Shown here one piece after another: positions 34,656 through 64,000 of a stretch of 64,000 nucleotides of DNA. Every line of letters starts with the position of its first letter. Within the stretch, counting starts at the first letter, position 1. Origin of the DNA: Bugula neritina (Eukaryota > Animalia > Bryozoa); assembly GCA_964035545.1 (NCBI GenBank), contig OZ037765.1, positions 18,786,995 through 18,850,994 of the forward strand, written 5' to 3'. Both the position numbers and the translations under genes were made by a program. The notes below the pieces were generated by a model. That model did no database searches. It was not told the DNA's origin and saw only the letters and a list, made by a program, of their open reading frames with translations.

Positions 34656-36124
34656 CTGTGGCCTTCATGTTTCTCCTCATCAGGACCGTACTGGTCGATG
34701 TAGTCTGTGTGACGAATAGACTGAGTCAGCTGAGAGCACCGACAGCAAATAATCTCTCGGAAAGGTGTTCTAAATTGCCTGTTAAATCTAGCATATACGA
34801 TGGGGTTAAAACATGAGTTTACATAACCTATCCACAAGAAGAAACTGTAAAGATATCCTGGAATGTTACAAGTACTACCACACAGAGGGGAAACCACAGC
34901 TAGCACAAAGAATGGTGCCCAGCATGCCGTGAAGAGTCCCATTATGACTCCTAGTGTTCGAATAGCATGGCTGTTGTGTTTGTTTTTTCTTCTTTGAAGA
35001 AAACGCTTGACAGATGAAATTGTAACAGCTGAAAGCTTCTTTAAAGGTCCAGAACCAAATTTACTATTATGGTGATGGTGGTGATGGTGATGATGGTGGT
35101 TGTGGTGGTGGTGGTGGTGGTTGTGGTGTCGATGACTATCTGAAAAATGGTTATGATGATTATGGTATGCACTTTCTACTGAAAGATGGTTGCTTTGATG
35201 TTCTTTTTCTCTCAACCAGTCCGTTTCACTCGCTACTTCTATAGAGTTGCTATCTTCAGATCTTATATGATCCGAAATTTCATATTTTATTTGCAACTCT
35301 GCTGATTTGTTTACAGAAAGACTAACAGTTGGTTCGTGATTTACAGCATCCTTCCCAGTGCCATTTCTTACCTCTGCCACCGGAGATTCATTGTATGAGC
35401 TATTATAGGATGGAGTCATCGAATCTTCATCATTATTATTCTCTAACTTTGGGTAGTCTTTAGCTTCTGCTCGAGCGTATTTCTTAGATATGAAGTATAT
35501 TTTCCCATATAGACATAACATGACTGTCAATGGAACATAAAAAGCAACTATAGTTGCATATAATTGATACTCGATTGATTGATTGACTTTACAACCTTTG
35601 TTATCTGGACTAAAATCTGGTAACCAATCAAGAAAGAGAGGTGTGACACCAATAAGTAAACTAACAATCCAAGCTACTCCTATGTAAAACACCATGAGTT
35701 TTGCCTTTCTGTATCTAGGATAATATAAGGCTTTGTTGATACATAAATATCTGTCTATAGTGATCATCATTAATGTCAGAATGGAGCAAGTACAGCAAAT
35801 AACATCAAATGTAACCCACATGGAACATATTTTCTGTCCCAAAGGCCAAACCTCTAATATGACTGAAATTATTGCTAATGGCATCACGAAGAGTCCAACC
35901 AGCAGATCTGATATAGCCAGACTTATGATAAGAAAGTTCGATGCTGTCCGAAGTTTTTTTATTCGAAATACAGCTGTGATGACTAATAAGTTGCCTATGA
36001 TGCACCATATCGAAATTAAAGACGTAATTATAACTATGAACACTGTTACGCCTGTACTGTGACGGAAAGAATTGCTAGAGGTTGTTGTGGCTAAGTGTGT
36101 CACATTATCTAATGCAGTCAACAT
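34631..36124 (-). CDS. 5-hydroxytryptamine receptor, 5-HT7-like, intronless CDS
   Basis: 497 aa, 7 TM; DVICCTCSI..IDRY; YQLYATIVAFYVP; TLGVIMG..CWAPFF; NPIVYARFNRQFRTPFREI, typical of the 5-HT7 clade. His-rich ICL3. Confidence 0.85.
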   Translation of the reverse strand: MLTALDNVTHLATTTSSNSFRHSTGVTVFIVIITSLISIWCIIGNLLVITAVFRIKKLRTASNFLIISLAISDLLVGLFVMPLAIISVILEVWPLGQKICSMWVTFDVICCTCSILTLMMITIDRYLCINKALYYPRYRKAKLMVFYIGVAWIVSLLIGVTPLFLDWLPDFSPDNKGCKVNQSIEYQLYATIVAFYVPLTVMLCLYGKIYFISKKYARAEAKDYPKLENNNDEDSMTPSYNSSYNESPVAEVRNGTGKDAVNHEPTVSLSVNKSAELQIKYEISDHIRSEDSNSIEVASETDWLREKEHQSNHLSVESAYHNHHNHFSDSHRHHNHHHHHHNHHHHHHHHHHNSKFGSGPLKKLSAVTISSVKRFLQRRKNKHNSHAIRTLGVIMGLFTACWAPFFVLAVVSPLCGSTCNIPGYLYSFFLWIGYVNSCFNPIVYARFNRQFRTPFREIICCRCSQLTQSIRHTDYIDQYGPDEEKHEGHSVGHGHTH

Positions 36125-39100
36125 GACTGGGGATCCGTATAGCAGCTTTTCCTCCTTGTGTAGACACTACTATTAATTTTAGTCATACATCTGATCTTAA
36201 AGCTTTTCTTGACAAATCTACAAGATAAATGATGAAATTGCACAGATCAGGTGTAAATGAAAAATACAGATTTGAATTGAAAAACATTCATGGTATTGAA
36301 CTTGCAGAAAAAAGTGTAAATCTGAAAGACTGCCTGCTACAGTCTACTAATAAAAGTCATTAAAAACCCTGAAGCTGGTAATAAGTCAAAATACAATTGG
36401 AAATATATAATATCATCAGATATATTGAATGTTTCTTAAAAATGGTAAGTAAAATTTAAAATGTTTCATTTTCTCTTATTATGACAAATATATAACAAAT
36501 TTGTTAGAAAGTTATTTTTCTTATGAGTTTGTATATATTTGTGTAAATGCATTAATAATTAATAATTAATAATTAATGATTTTAAGTTTTTGATTGTATT
36601 AAAAAAATGTTCAACTGTAAGTTTGTATGTAGAAAGTGAAAATGCAAATATACTGAGGCATGTTAGAGCGAGCTTACAATATTTCTCAAAACCATGAAGC
36701 CACTAGTTCTCCAAAGTACCTGTCTCTATAAAGATTCGGGTGATGAACATAACCACATCTCACTTTTAAGCAGCATGTTTTAAAAATCATGCTAAGTAGA
36801 TTTCAGTCTAATAAACTTTTAAAAATGTGGATTGCAACCACACAGGCTCATGACGACCTTAGCATCATGTAAAAATATTAATTTTATTAGTGAAACACTC
36901 AGTTCTCTTTCAAACATGAGGTGTAGCCAGTTCCACATATACTAAAATGCTAAATTTGTGCAAACGACTGTTTTTTAAACTCATCGAAATCCATAAAATT
37001 TTAAAAGTGGGCAAAAATGCAATTTATTTTATTAAGCAGTTAAAAAGGCAGTTTCATTTATGTAGACCTGCAAAAATAATCTACAATTTTTGTTACAGAT
37101 ATTATCTTATTTTATGTGTTTACATGACCATGTGAGGAAAGAATTAATTACATAGTTTTCTGCAATAAAATCCAGTATAAACCTGATTTATTGAACAAAG
37201 CAAACAGCTGGCTATAATTGACACATTGAACCTCATAGCTTTATAAGCATATTTTTGAGACAAGTTTCTACATTATTTATACTTGATCAAGTGTTTGATA
37301 ACCCTTTTATGAAACTATATTTGATTAGTTAAAATTGACAAGTTTATTACTTGAGCTAATAAAGAAGTGTGAAGACAAGAGCATATCTCAAAGTTTTATT
37401 AGTGTTTTAAAAGCACTAACTCCTACTGTATTAAAAGTTGTTTACAATTTGCTATGTTATTTTTCCCAAATTTGTTTATCTCAACACCTGTCAGTACAGC
37501 ACACATGAAACAAAACAACTGGTATAAGATTATCACTACTCTTTTTTAATACATATATATTGCAAAGATAATTCCTTTACAGGTATGCAATAAGTTGCAA
37601 TGTTATGAGATTAGATTGGTGAGTATTATATTCAGCATTGCAGCACGTCAGCAATATTATGACCACTACACATTATAATACACAACTTACATAGCTTTTA
37701 TGTTTCCCTAAATGGTATATAATAACTAAGGTTTATGCTAAGAACTATACATGAATGCTCACTTTTATGTACTGCTAGCCAAATTTCCATACATGCAGTA
37801 GCAGCTATTTACCGAGCCTTCTGTCTTGCTGTGAAAGAGAACATGAATTTTAAGCTTCACAAAATTACCAAGCATATTTTTCAGAGGCGGTGGTGTAATA
37901 GTTGAATCATTAATTGCTATGATCATCAATAGTCTTCTTGTTAAACAAATAAAGAGGGTATTGTGCAAATTTAGTGAACAGAAAAAAATTGGATGTGGTT
38001 AAGTAGACAGCTTTGTTGAGGAATGATAATAGGCGTAGACAGGGGGAATTCAAGTCAAATAATTCACCAACAGCAATCCTATTAGGTTTATGGGTTACTA
38101 CAAATATTATGTAAGGATGACATTCAGCTATTATATATTCCATCAAGTATATTGCTAGCACCATTAGGGATGAGGGGGAGTGGATGGAATTGGGTCAATT
38201 GCACACAAATGGAGGCACTAGGGAAAACTGCTCTTCCTGTGATGGATTACATAAGATTATGTAGAAGAGGTTGATGCTTTTATGCACAAATTAATGTAGT
38301 AGACTGCTAGTAAGCGAAACAACATAGCCAACTTGCTTTATATAGCCAATTTATCTGTAAAAATAACATTAATTACCAAAATTACTTATAGGCAGATAAT
38401 CTAAAACACATACCGCAAGTTATAGATGCAATTACTTATGTTATGTATTTGCTATGTGCAAAGTATTAGGCAAGTACACTAAATGCATGTTGGCAAGCTT
38501 TGTGGAACTTGTGTGAAGTATTAATTATAAGAAATATTGAAGAGCATTAAACGAGCATTAACATAGCTGGCGAAGTTTGCAATAGTAACCATATATTTCA
38601 GAAGAGAATTGAAATAATTGCCAAGTAGATTTATAGAAATCTAATTATAAAGAGCTGGGTGAATATAATATATAAAGTATATACATTTATTATGTTGCCT
38701 ATTCCAGCAGCTATAGCAATCTGAGCCAAAGTGTTGATTCTTTACTGATATAGCCAAACCAAAATAAATGATATATCATGCCTGGCAAATTTTATTACTT
38801 TACTGGGGTGAATCAAAAATTGTTTTGCAGCCTGATTTTTTAAATAGTTATAGTTATAAATATGGTTATAAAAGCTATCATTAGGCTACTGGGAAAGCTA
38901 ATCACTTGCACTAACTCCATAAGCCAGTGTCTTTCTGCTGCAGCTGAATGTTTTAAGAGTATGTGAGCACAATGAGCACCCTAGAAAACCAATCAAACTA
39001 GTGTAATAAGGCATTCAGTAAACCATTGAGTAGAGCTTCTTAGAGCATTAAATTGTGAATAAGAGCCCTTTCTTAGCCTTATAAGTAACAATTGACTGGC

Positions 39101-40169
39101 AATGGAGAAAACCATTATTCAATATGCATGCAACAATATCTTGTTTCTAAATATAGAATCTGACTCTAAATATAGCCGCACCTGAATAGCTTACATGCAA
39201 TCAGTGTGCGTGACAATAAGATGGCAAATAATGTGAAAGCATATATAAAACCTATTATACTTTTGTTGATAGGGTTACATTAATTACACTACAACAAGAG
39301 ATCCCTTGTCTGAAACAGGCATTAATAATTTTATTTCAGACAATCCATCTATACATTATTATTTCTACATGTTAATAAGCTTATATTATTCCTTTCTGTT
39401 GACTGTTATATGTTTAGTAGTTTATGAAGGACTAAAATAATGTAATCTTCATGCCGTTTGAAGTCTAAAATCAAGATTAAAATTTTGACTTAAAAGTAAA
39501 GTTAAATACTATCTCATTATTGTGTGTTTAAAGAGTTGAAAGAGAAATTTTTGAAGCACATTAAGAAAAGTCACAACCCTTCTTAGAAACACAATGACAG
39601 CATTATTAGCAACTGGCATCAGCCAATATAATCCATAAAAGTCAAAATTAGGTTTACCATTTCTATGAGTCAGCAATAGAAAATGGCAGATAGGATTTTG
39701 GGAGATTCTGCAATATATGCATTTAGGTGCAGTGTTGGAGAGTTTTAAATTGGGGTACAGTTTGAAATTTTCCAAAGAAAACATTTTGTTTGTTTCAGTT
39801 TTACGTAAGCAGCAGGCTTTTGCCAATTTCTTTGCTGCTGCACCGATTTCCATACTCACTGACAAAGTTATAGAAGCCTGTTATTTTGATGGAAAGGTTT
39901 TTGATTTTGCTGTCCTTAGTGATTTTTAGAGTAAAGAAACCGAAAAGATAAGGAAACTGACACGAGAGTTGAAACCCCAGCCGGTGATAAGATTTTCAGG
40001 TCAAATGCAAGAGTTTACCCTGAATGACACTATACTAAGAGTTGTTGTGAAACAGATTCTATTGAGTCCAGTGGAAGACTCATTTTAACCAGACTTGGTG
40101 AACAATACTAATGAGATTATTTATACAGGTACGAATATTGGTCATAGCAGTGATGACTGAAAATAAACT

Positions 40170-40545
40170 CTAAAAACTATGCACGGAACCTCTAGAGAAC
40201 ACAAGCCGTCGAAGAAATAGCTAAAATATTTTACTAAAAAGACATCATATAATGAGGCATTGAGGTTACTATGAGACAAGCATATTGATAGAGAAATAAG
40301 ACAGAAAAGCAGTCAGGGAATCATAGACATACAATACTAGAAAATGCTAGAATCACCAAAGTCAAAACAAAAGAGGCTGTAAAGCACTAAGTTAGGGTAA
40401 TACCTGCCATCATTGGAGGCCAGGCTAAATCTTGGTTGCTATGGATACACTGTCACTCAAACAATTCAAAAGCAGCCTACTAGAAACATCATTTTTACAC
40501 AGGAAAGTCCTCAAAGCCTAAACTGTTGACAATAATAATAACTAG
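40170..40545 (+). mobile_element. Decayed 3' fragment of an R4/Dong-type (RLE-endonuclease) non-LTR retrotransposon
   Basis: Frameshifted remnants EHKP, IDREIR..IIDI, VRVIPAIIG and IQK..LLETSFLHRKVLKA*, followed by an (AAT)n tail. These resemble the R4/Dong C-terminal VIPVVIGALG...QKAALLGT..ILRKVL pattern. Confidence 0.5.
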
Positions 40546-42223
40546 TAATATTAAACTCTTTTGATATCAGTTGCAAAAGCTACTTGAAAACTGCTGTCAC
40601 GTCTGCTTACAATTTCTGTTTACTGCTGCCAATTTAGTGCTAAATACAAAATGATGTTAAAAGTTCTAAAGCTTACAGATAAATAATAAATCAGCCGGGC
40701 AGAAAGTTGAATGAGAAATAAAAGCAATGGAATTCGCTTGAGTTTATTCTCAGCCTATGATAAAGAAAGCATTAGAAATTGTATTGCTGACTCTAATAGA
40801 CTAATAATAAATATTCTGACATAGTTAATATGCTATATTCTGTTAATTTTGCTATAGTTAACGATTTAAGAAAAGAAGTCAAGAATTGGGTAAATAACCT
40901 TGTTATCAGCTATCTTGACCTGTAGAAGTAAACATGCTTATTCTGAAGATAATTAGAAGTTACGCTAGTAATTAGCATTGCATAGAATAAGTTACAGCTA
41001 ATCTCTTTTGCCGCATATTAGAAGAAAAAGACAAGGGCTTTACTTAGTCGGAATGAAGTTTTCACAAGGTGCTTCTTGCACTTGAATCAACTTTACACCT
41101 AACTCTTGCATTGAACAAGTGTAATTGCGCAAAAAGACTACGTAAGATTGATAGAGCTATTTGAAATTCTTTGAATAGGAAGAGGAATTCCTACTGGTGT
41201 TGAAAGTGGAGCTGTATACAATGCAGCTGCTGTTTGTACTGCCCAATGGTTATCTTATGACTGAATGTAAATACTGGTGAGATTTTCAAGTGGAAGTCTA
41301 CGCTCTTCTATCATATATTATACCAGCTTCTATGTTGAATAGACTGTTTGCCCTGCCTCACTCATATAAGTACCATGTTTTAGTATATATTCATGAACAG
41401 CCTTGCGATGGCTAGTTATATAACATTTATATAGACCTACCACCACTTTTTTCTGATTATATTTAACAAATTACATAGGCATACAATGTATGCTGCCTGT
41501 TTGCAGGGCCAACAAATTACAAATTAATATTACATGAGGTTGAAACATGACCTTAACATTTTTGCAAATGTACTCAAATTGATCCAAAGGATATTGGAAA
41601 CAATAGAAACCTATTGTTTGATTTGGTTAGCTCTAAGCTACTTATTCAACAAAACATAACCAAACATTCAAAAGTCCAGCCACTATTAGCTTATATTGTA
41701 TAAACACGTGGTTTTGTCTTTTAATAATCAGTTATTGTGCAGAGTAGTACTAGTTAACTACCAAGGCTGTTGCACACTACAAATATCCTTTCATACTCTA
41801 TCAACACAACACAAACCTCTAAACTCAGTGTGTATAACAGAAACTTGCACAAGTTTAAACTTTATTTGACTTCCTTCTCTGTTGGAAATGCAGTTTATTT
41901 TTAGAATGAGAAGCTGGAAGAAAATTGTAACTCTATGCCAATGGTTATTGCTCAGTGAATAATCATCATTTGACTTATTGCTATCAAATGATTATTGTAC
42001 ATCTCCATTCTTTTACATATAATAGCACCAGATTTTTCTTCTGTATAGCTTCTACACTGATAAGATCAAAAGTTAGCACTTATTTCAGTCTTAAAATAAC
42101 TTTCTATTCTTGTTTAGTCCTGCTGTGAATGGCTCCAAACAAAAAGTTAAGATAGCAAAGTTACAATTTGGATATATCCATAGCTTACAAGGTACGAACT
42201 TGATAGAGGTTGATTTTATAACT

Positions 42224-42303
42224 CATATAATCAAGGGGGAAGTTAGTGGATCTACTAATCCACTCACTTCCCTCTTGATTACATAGTCCCCCTCGATTAT
42301 ATG
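42224..42303. repeat. 80-bp palindromic mini-element with nested inverted repeats
   Basis: 24-bp stem 42228-42251/42258-42281 (2 differences); alternative 17-bp terminal IR 42224-42240/42287-42303 (1 difference). Confidence 0.75.
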
Positions 42304-45300
42304 CTTTCAACTTAGGGTTTTTTTATCAATGTACACACAAGCTGATGGAAATGTAGTTGTATCAACTACTTATAATTAATTCATTGTTTTATTATTTTAA
42401 GGTACATCCATCATAAACAGATTTATCTAAAAATTGTTTTACAGCAAAACATGTATAATCTGCTGCCGATAATAAGCTGAGTTGTTATAAAACTATAACA
42501 TGCTATGGACTGTTTATGATGTCAAATTCAAAGTTGAGTATTACAATTTTACATATTGGTAGTCATAATGCTAATAATATGGAATGTAAAATCTATCAGC
42601 GTCAATGTATAACTATAGTGATTTGAGGAGAAACCAGAGCTATTGTCAAAATAAATGTAAAGAATTTTTACAGAGTACACCACTAAAAACCTCCAATCAG
42701 TCTAATGCCTGCCGTTAACAAGTTTCACAACAGGCTAATTGATAGTTGGCTGCTGATAAAATATATAAACAAAAGTAAATCATGGCTATACTTGTTTTCA
42801 ATAGTATCAGTATGTAGATGTGTAAATTCTATTTCACAGAATGCAATACAGTATAATGGAAAGGCATAGTTCAAGTTTTTGTAGACTGTGTAATCACATA
42901 TTGAAAAGAAATGTGTAAATCTGTTCCATTAGATACACCGCCCAATTGCTGCTGCGCAGGTCACAAAGAGTGGGATGACAAAATGTTTAAATCCATTCAT
43001 TCAAGTCATAACACTTGAAATTAAATTTCACTATTATGTTGAACCCAAACTACTCAGCAAATGGAAAGGATAACAGTAGACAAAAGCCGTTTGTATACTA
43101 TACTTACACATGTCTTTAGTTGGCTACTACTAGTACTAGTATTCAAGTTATAGACTTTACTAAAAAGTATGAACATAGTATTATTGAATATATACAGTAT
43201 CAAAGCATAGTACCTGCAGATAGTTGGGGAGAAAGTGAGTGCTCTTTAGGTTGACCAAGGATGAAGTGGTGAGAGTAGCTAGTAATGCCAACTTTAAAGG
43301 AAGGTATTGTAACCTTAGCAGATTACGCAGTTAAGCTTCAATATCTACATTAGCTCAAGCCAAGTGTTTGAATGAGCAATAATACTGTCAAACTCCCATG
43401 CATCTTATTCAAAAGATATAATAATGAATTCATTGGCTACAACAATCATAATCATTGATTACTGCTGCATATTACTGCCTTTCTTATTGCTACGCTGAAG
43501 CAAACAACTTTTAGTTTGTGCGGCCAATCATATTCAACCACTCTCAGGTTATAACTGGAATATTATGACAAAATTCAATAAATTTCAGCTGAATCAAGTT
43601 TTATGCAACAGCTAAGCAGACAAGTGAATTATGTTTCATAAATATTGTCGTGTGTTTGTATACAGTATGACAGTAACCTTTCGCATTGAAACTGTTACCT
43701 GCTGTCAAATATTGCACCCAATGTTTATTAGGGTGTGTAGAGGATAAGACAACTTAGAAATTGAATGTTTATAGTGCAGAGACTAAATATAGCTTGTGAC
43801 AAACAGTACAGCGTAACACAATACTACCTGCAATGATGCCAAAAACATCTTGGCAGAATGTTTGAGGAAACATAGTAAACAGACAGACATAATGATTATA
43901 TTATAAGCAGCTGCTGACCATTTCTGGGTCTATAGTCATGCGTTGGATCAAAGGTAGGAGAGGGGCACACATTACCCCTCCATAACAACCCAACATTGTG
44001 AGCAATTGGGTGAAATTACTAATAACAATTTCATTTCTTTGAGACTTTTATTTTGAGCTAGTGTCTGCAGTACATCCTCAACAAAACTTAACACATGTCA
44101 TTATGCTTTGCATGGATAGATCAAAATTTTCACAGATCTATGTACCTGCACTAGTCATGTTTTATTCCTAGACATGCCAATTATTTTGTAGCATCAATAC
44201 AGTAGGTAACTTTCTTTGAAAAAACCTCAATAACAGCCTGTTTTATATTTGTACAGATGCACCACACATGTGACTATAAATATTTTCCATTTAATGATTA
44301 CAATAAGTTCAATCTGATAGTTGTTTAATAGAAATAGGTTTATAGTGTATTTTGGCCTGAAAATGCTTGAAATCTTTGGCCTGAAACCAGAGTCTTTTCC
44401 TTGTGTCCCACTTAGTAAGACTACATGCATCTCTTGTCATCTTAGGAATTATGTAACACAAGTGTTGACTTTTACAGTAACCCCACAATATTTTTCAGAT
44501 TTGAACTATAGCTAAAAGCAGCAGCTTACACTGGAAAGATCTGTATTAGTTAGGTCACTAGTTATAGAGCTCAGGACATACAAGATATTAGGTTAGTGGT
44601 TTTGTACAAGTGGTGATAATTCAATGTAACTGTTCCCATGAGGGTGATGAAGTAAAACGTCTAAATTAGATTCTCCGGTTAGCCTCTTTACAGGCTAAAT
44701 ATTATGCATAGAATAACAACCTTAAGACTTTATTGCACATGAGCAATAGTAATTTATTTATTACAATGTAATTTATTTATTACATTCTGTAAAAGTAAAG
44801 TTCACCAACATTTTACGAGTATTCAGCTATAAAAAGCAAATTAGATCCACGGAATAATGTGTAGGACGATAAACATAAAAACTATGAACAAAAAAGAAAT
44901 GAATATCAAAAAGACATATATTATAGAAGAAAAATAAAAACCAAGCAGCAAAAAAATAAAAATTAGAGTAAAAATTGCCTATTGCTGGTCTAGGAATGAG
45001 TGAACACTGAGACATAACATTCAAACCCCTTCAATAGAGGCTACAACTAAAACAGTTTAAATTATATGGCATTAATTATCAGCTGTTCTGATAAATTGAA
45101 ATTCTCATAACAAACTGTATAAAAATTTTTTCACATGAATAAATATTGATAATCCCCCACAACCAATGAGTATAAATTCTAGACTAAATAAAGTAAGGTG
45201 ATCACTAAATTAATATCAATATTTCAAGATACCACGAGATTTTGAGCTGAAAATAAAAAATACTAGCATAAACATAAACACATTACTTGAAGAAAACTAA

Positions 45301-45750
45301 CAAGAGTTGGTAATGTTGGAGTCAGTAAAATGTAATACAGTTTTACATCTTTCACCAGTCCATAGCTGTGTTGTGGAATCAAAAACTAAAATATTAACAT
45401 TAAATTAATTTCTACAAAGAAAGATCTACAACCATAAAAAACTAAATGTTAAAATATGTAACATAAAACAGGTTTAGGTGGCTTCAGTTTCCCTATTCTT
45501 TAATAAAACTCATGGTAAGGTTATAAACTCATTTTATATAGGTTACATAAATGTGACATATTAGTTGTACCAATTAGATGACAAGGAGGCTTTTGTTGCA
45601 GTTTGCTGTTTTGTCAACACATAATTCTCTCAACAAAAAGAACGAAATAAAAAAGGATAATTTATAGCTTTTTTAAAATTGTTTTTCACAAATGCTAATA
45701 ATGATGAGCTTGTTAAGTATGACCAATGGAGAGTGAGAACTAACCTTATC

Positions 45751-56803
<11,053 letters not shown>

Positions 56804-58073
56804 ACTGATTTCTGAAGCCTAATATACCAATTGGCAACTACTGATTAGTAAATTACTAGTGCTATCACTATGAGACTGAGTACTAGTGCTATAAGGAAAA
56901 ACTGCCAAGTTACACGGAAACGGAAAATAATAACAAATGCTGAAGCCGTTAAATAGTACTCTCAAAATACTTAAAACTTTATTATAAAAACAAAAAGTTT
57001 GTCAACAAACTCGCGGACTATCAAAAAATTTTAATTAAAAAATTAAATTACTAATTAATTTTATTAATTGCTTAGAAATTTAATCATCTTTGTTTTACGA
57101 CTGCTTTTCCGTAACAGAAAGTTTCCAACTCGAAGTCAGTAAAATTGTATTTGTATTTGAGTTATAGAAATCCCTAAAAGTAAATCAATATAACTATCAC
57201 TATGTTATATAGTAATAGTTGCATTTTCAGGTAGTATAACTGTAGTTGTCTATATTACTATTAGCGTAACTATTAACCAAGTTTATTTTTTTACCTGTGC
57301 TATAGTTATTAGTTAGTTTCACTCCTAAGTTTTAGTTTACTTGAACTTCAAGTAGAACTAGAAGTTTAGCATTCACATTGACAATCACAATGTCAATGAG
57401 TAGGCACATCGATATACATGACCAGTGGCAGTAGTGAGTAGAATTTTGTGATCACATTCAGTTTCACTGTGATAGCCGATGGGTATAAAAATGGTGATTG
57501 CTTTAGTTAATTTAAAATTAAATTTTCAACCATAGGCATACCGCATATGTCTATGGCTATGCATTAAATTAAATCGTAATTTAATTTAATTGCTATCAAA
57601 TTATAAAAAAACGTAAGTGGTTTTTTCAATGCATATTAAAATTTATCTCCTTAAGTTAACTGGAAGATAACACTAACAATAACAGTTTTAGTTTGAATAT
57701 ACTTGTTGATTACTGAATAGCTTACCACTTCAGTTGTATTTACGTAGCTGTCAGTTAGAGAATATTGATTAATTTATAAATTTTATGCATGAACGTAACA
57801 CAATTAACCCATATACTATAACGTAGTGCTAGATTTGTATGAACCAAGTTTTAATTGGCTCTAGTATCAATGGTTAAGTAAAACTTCTACAAATTATCAT
57901 TTCAGCTCACTAAACTATGTACCGTGAAAGGCTTTAAAGCATTTTATTATCACTTACCATGCTTTGGAAGCTTCATTGTACAATTTGATTGAGAACTACA
58001 ACGGTAAAGCCAGTTACCATATCAACTTTCTTTGTTTTTCTAATAAAATTTTTAATGTTGATGTGTTTTATAG
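56804..58073. promoter_or_regulatory. Shared upstream region and probable bidirectional promoter of ERGIC1 and TMEM259
   Basis: Divergent start codons only about 1.33 kb apart (56803 and 58136). An acceptor ttatag ending at 58073 implies a TMEM259 5'-UTR intron. Tandem CGGAAA at about 56915-56926. TSSs not locatable. Confidence 0.5.
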
Positions 58074-58135
58074 GCTGAGACTGAGATGAGAATTATTATC
58101 AAGAGCCTCTAAAAAGTGAAAAATACTAAACTGCT

Positions 58136-63678
<5,543 letters not shown>

Positions 63679-64000
63679 AGAGTCTAATTGCATCAGTATA
63701 ATTATTTTTGTCAGTTATTTTAATAAAAAATTTACGTAATATAATCATATGTACACATGTGCTATGCTTCAAATTGAGATTAATGCTATTATCAAGTTTT
63801 AAAATATAGAGCTTTACTTAGGATAAAATTTTTTGATTTGTTAACCCTAGTTATTGAAGAAACATCTCTGGCCAAATAGTGTATTTCAAGAAAATCAATC
63901 TTATGGTTTAAAATAATGAAATTTGGATAGTGAAAATCTTGAGGCGTTCAATCATAATGAATTAAATTCATAAGGATTGAGCTATAAATTATAGTTTTAT

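Noticed and set aside
43214-43890. Minus-strand hydrophobic exon-like segments
   Set aside because: No ATG-linked, phase-consistent splice path; may be UTR exons or chance.
57563-57590. AT-only palindrome near the ERGIC1/TMEM259 promoter
   Set aside because: Low-complexity A/T sequence where palindromes are common by chance.

Overview
AT-rich genomic DNA from an invertebrate animal with spliceosomal introns; an alpha-type octopamine receptor points to a protostome. Exons were reconstructed by hand from GT-AG sites and reading frames. Left to right: (1) a minus-strand STARD7-like START-domain gene running off the left edge; (2) a MITE and an internally deleted mariner in a degenerate AT-rich tract; (3) a young, full-length but mutated Ty3/Gypsy LTR retrotransposon (9024-16602; 408-bp LTRs differing at 4 sites, GTAT TSD, tRNA-Leu PBS, -1 frameshift signal); (4) a 10-exon secreted astacin-CCP-MAM protease gene; (5) two convergent aminergic GPCRs with intronless CDSs (alpha-type octopamine receptor and 5-HT7-like); (6) ERGIC1, with a 1.1-kb (TG)n in an intron, head-to-head with membralin/TMEM259. 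SINEs, MITEs and an R4/Dong-like LINE fragment are scattered through it. The most unusual part is the 1.3 kb between the Gypsy pol stop and the 3' LTR: a dense hairpin array with a 4-way junction inside a canonical-looking intron, plus antisense frames encoding an Arg-rich peptide. That suggests, by inference only, complex-retrovirus-like regulation. Also notable: the astacin seems to lack a propeptide and has Thr in place of the Met-turn Met, and the octopamine receptor has a signal-peptide-like leader cut by an in-frame TGA.
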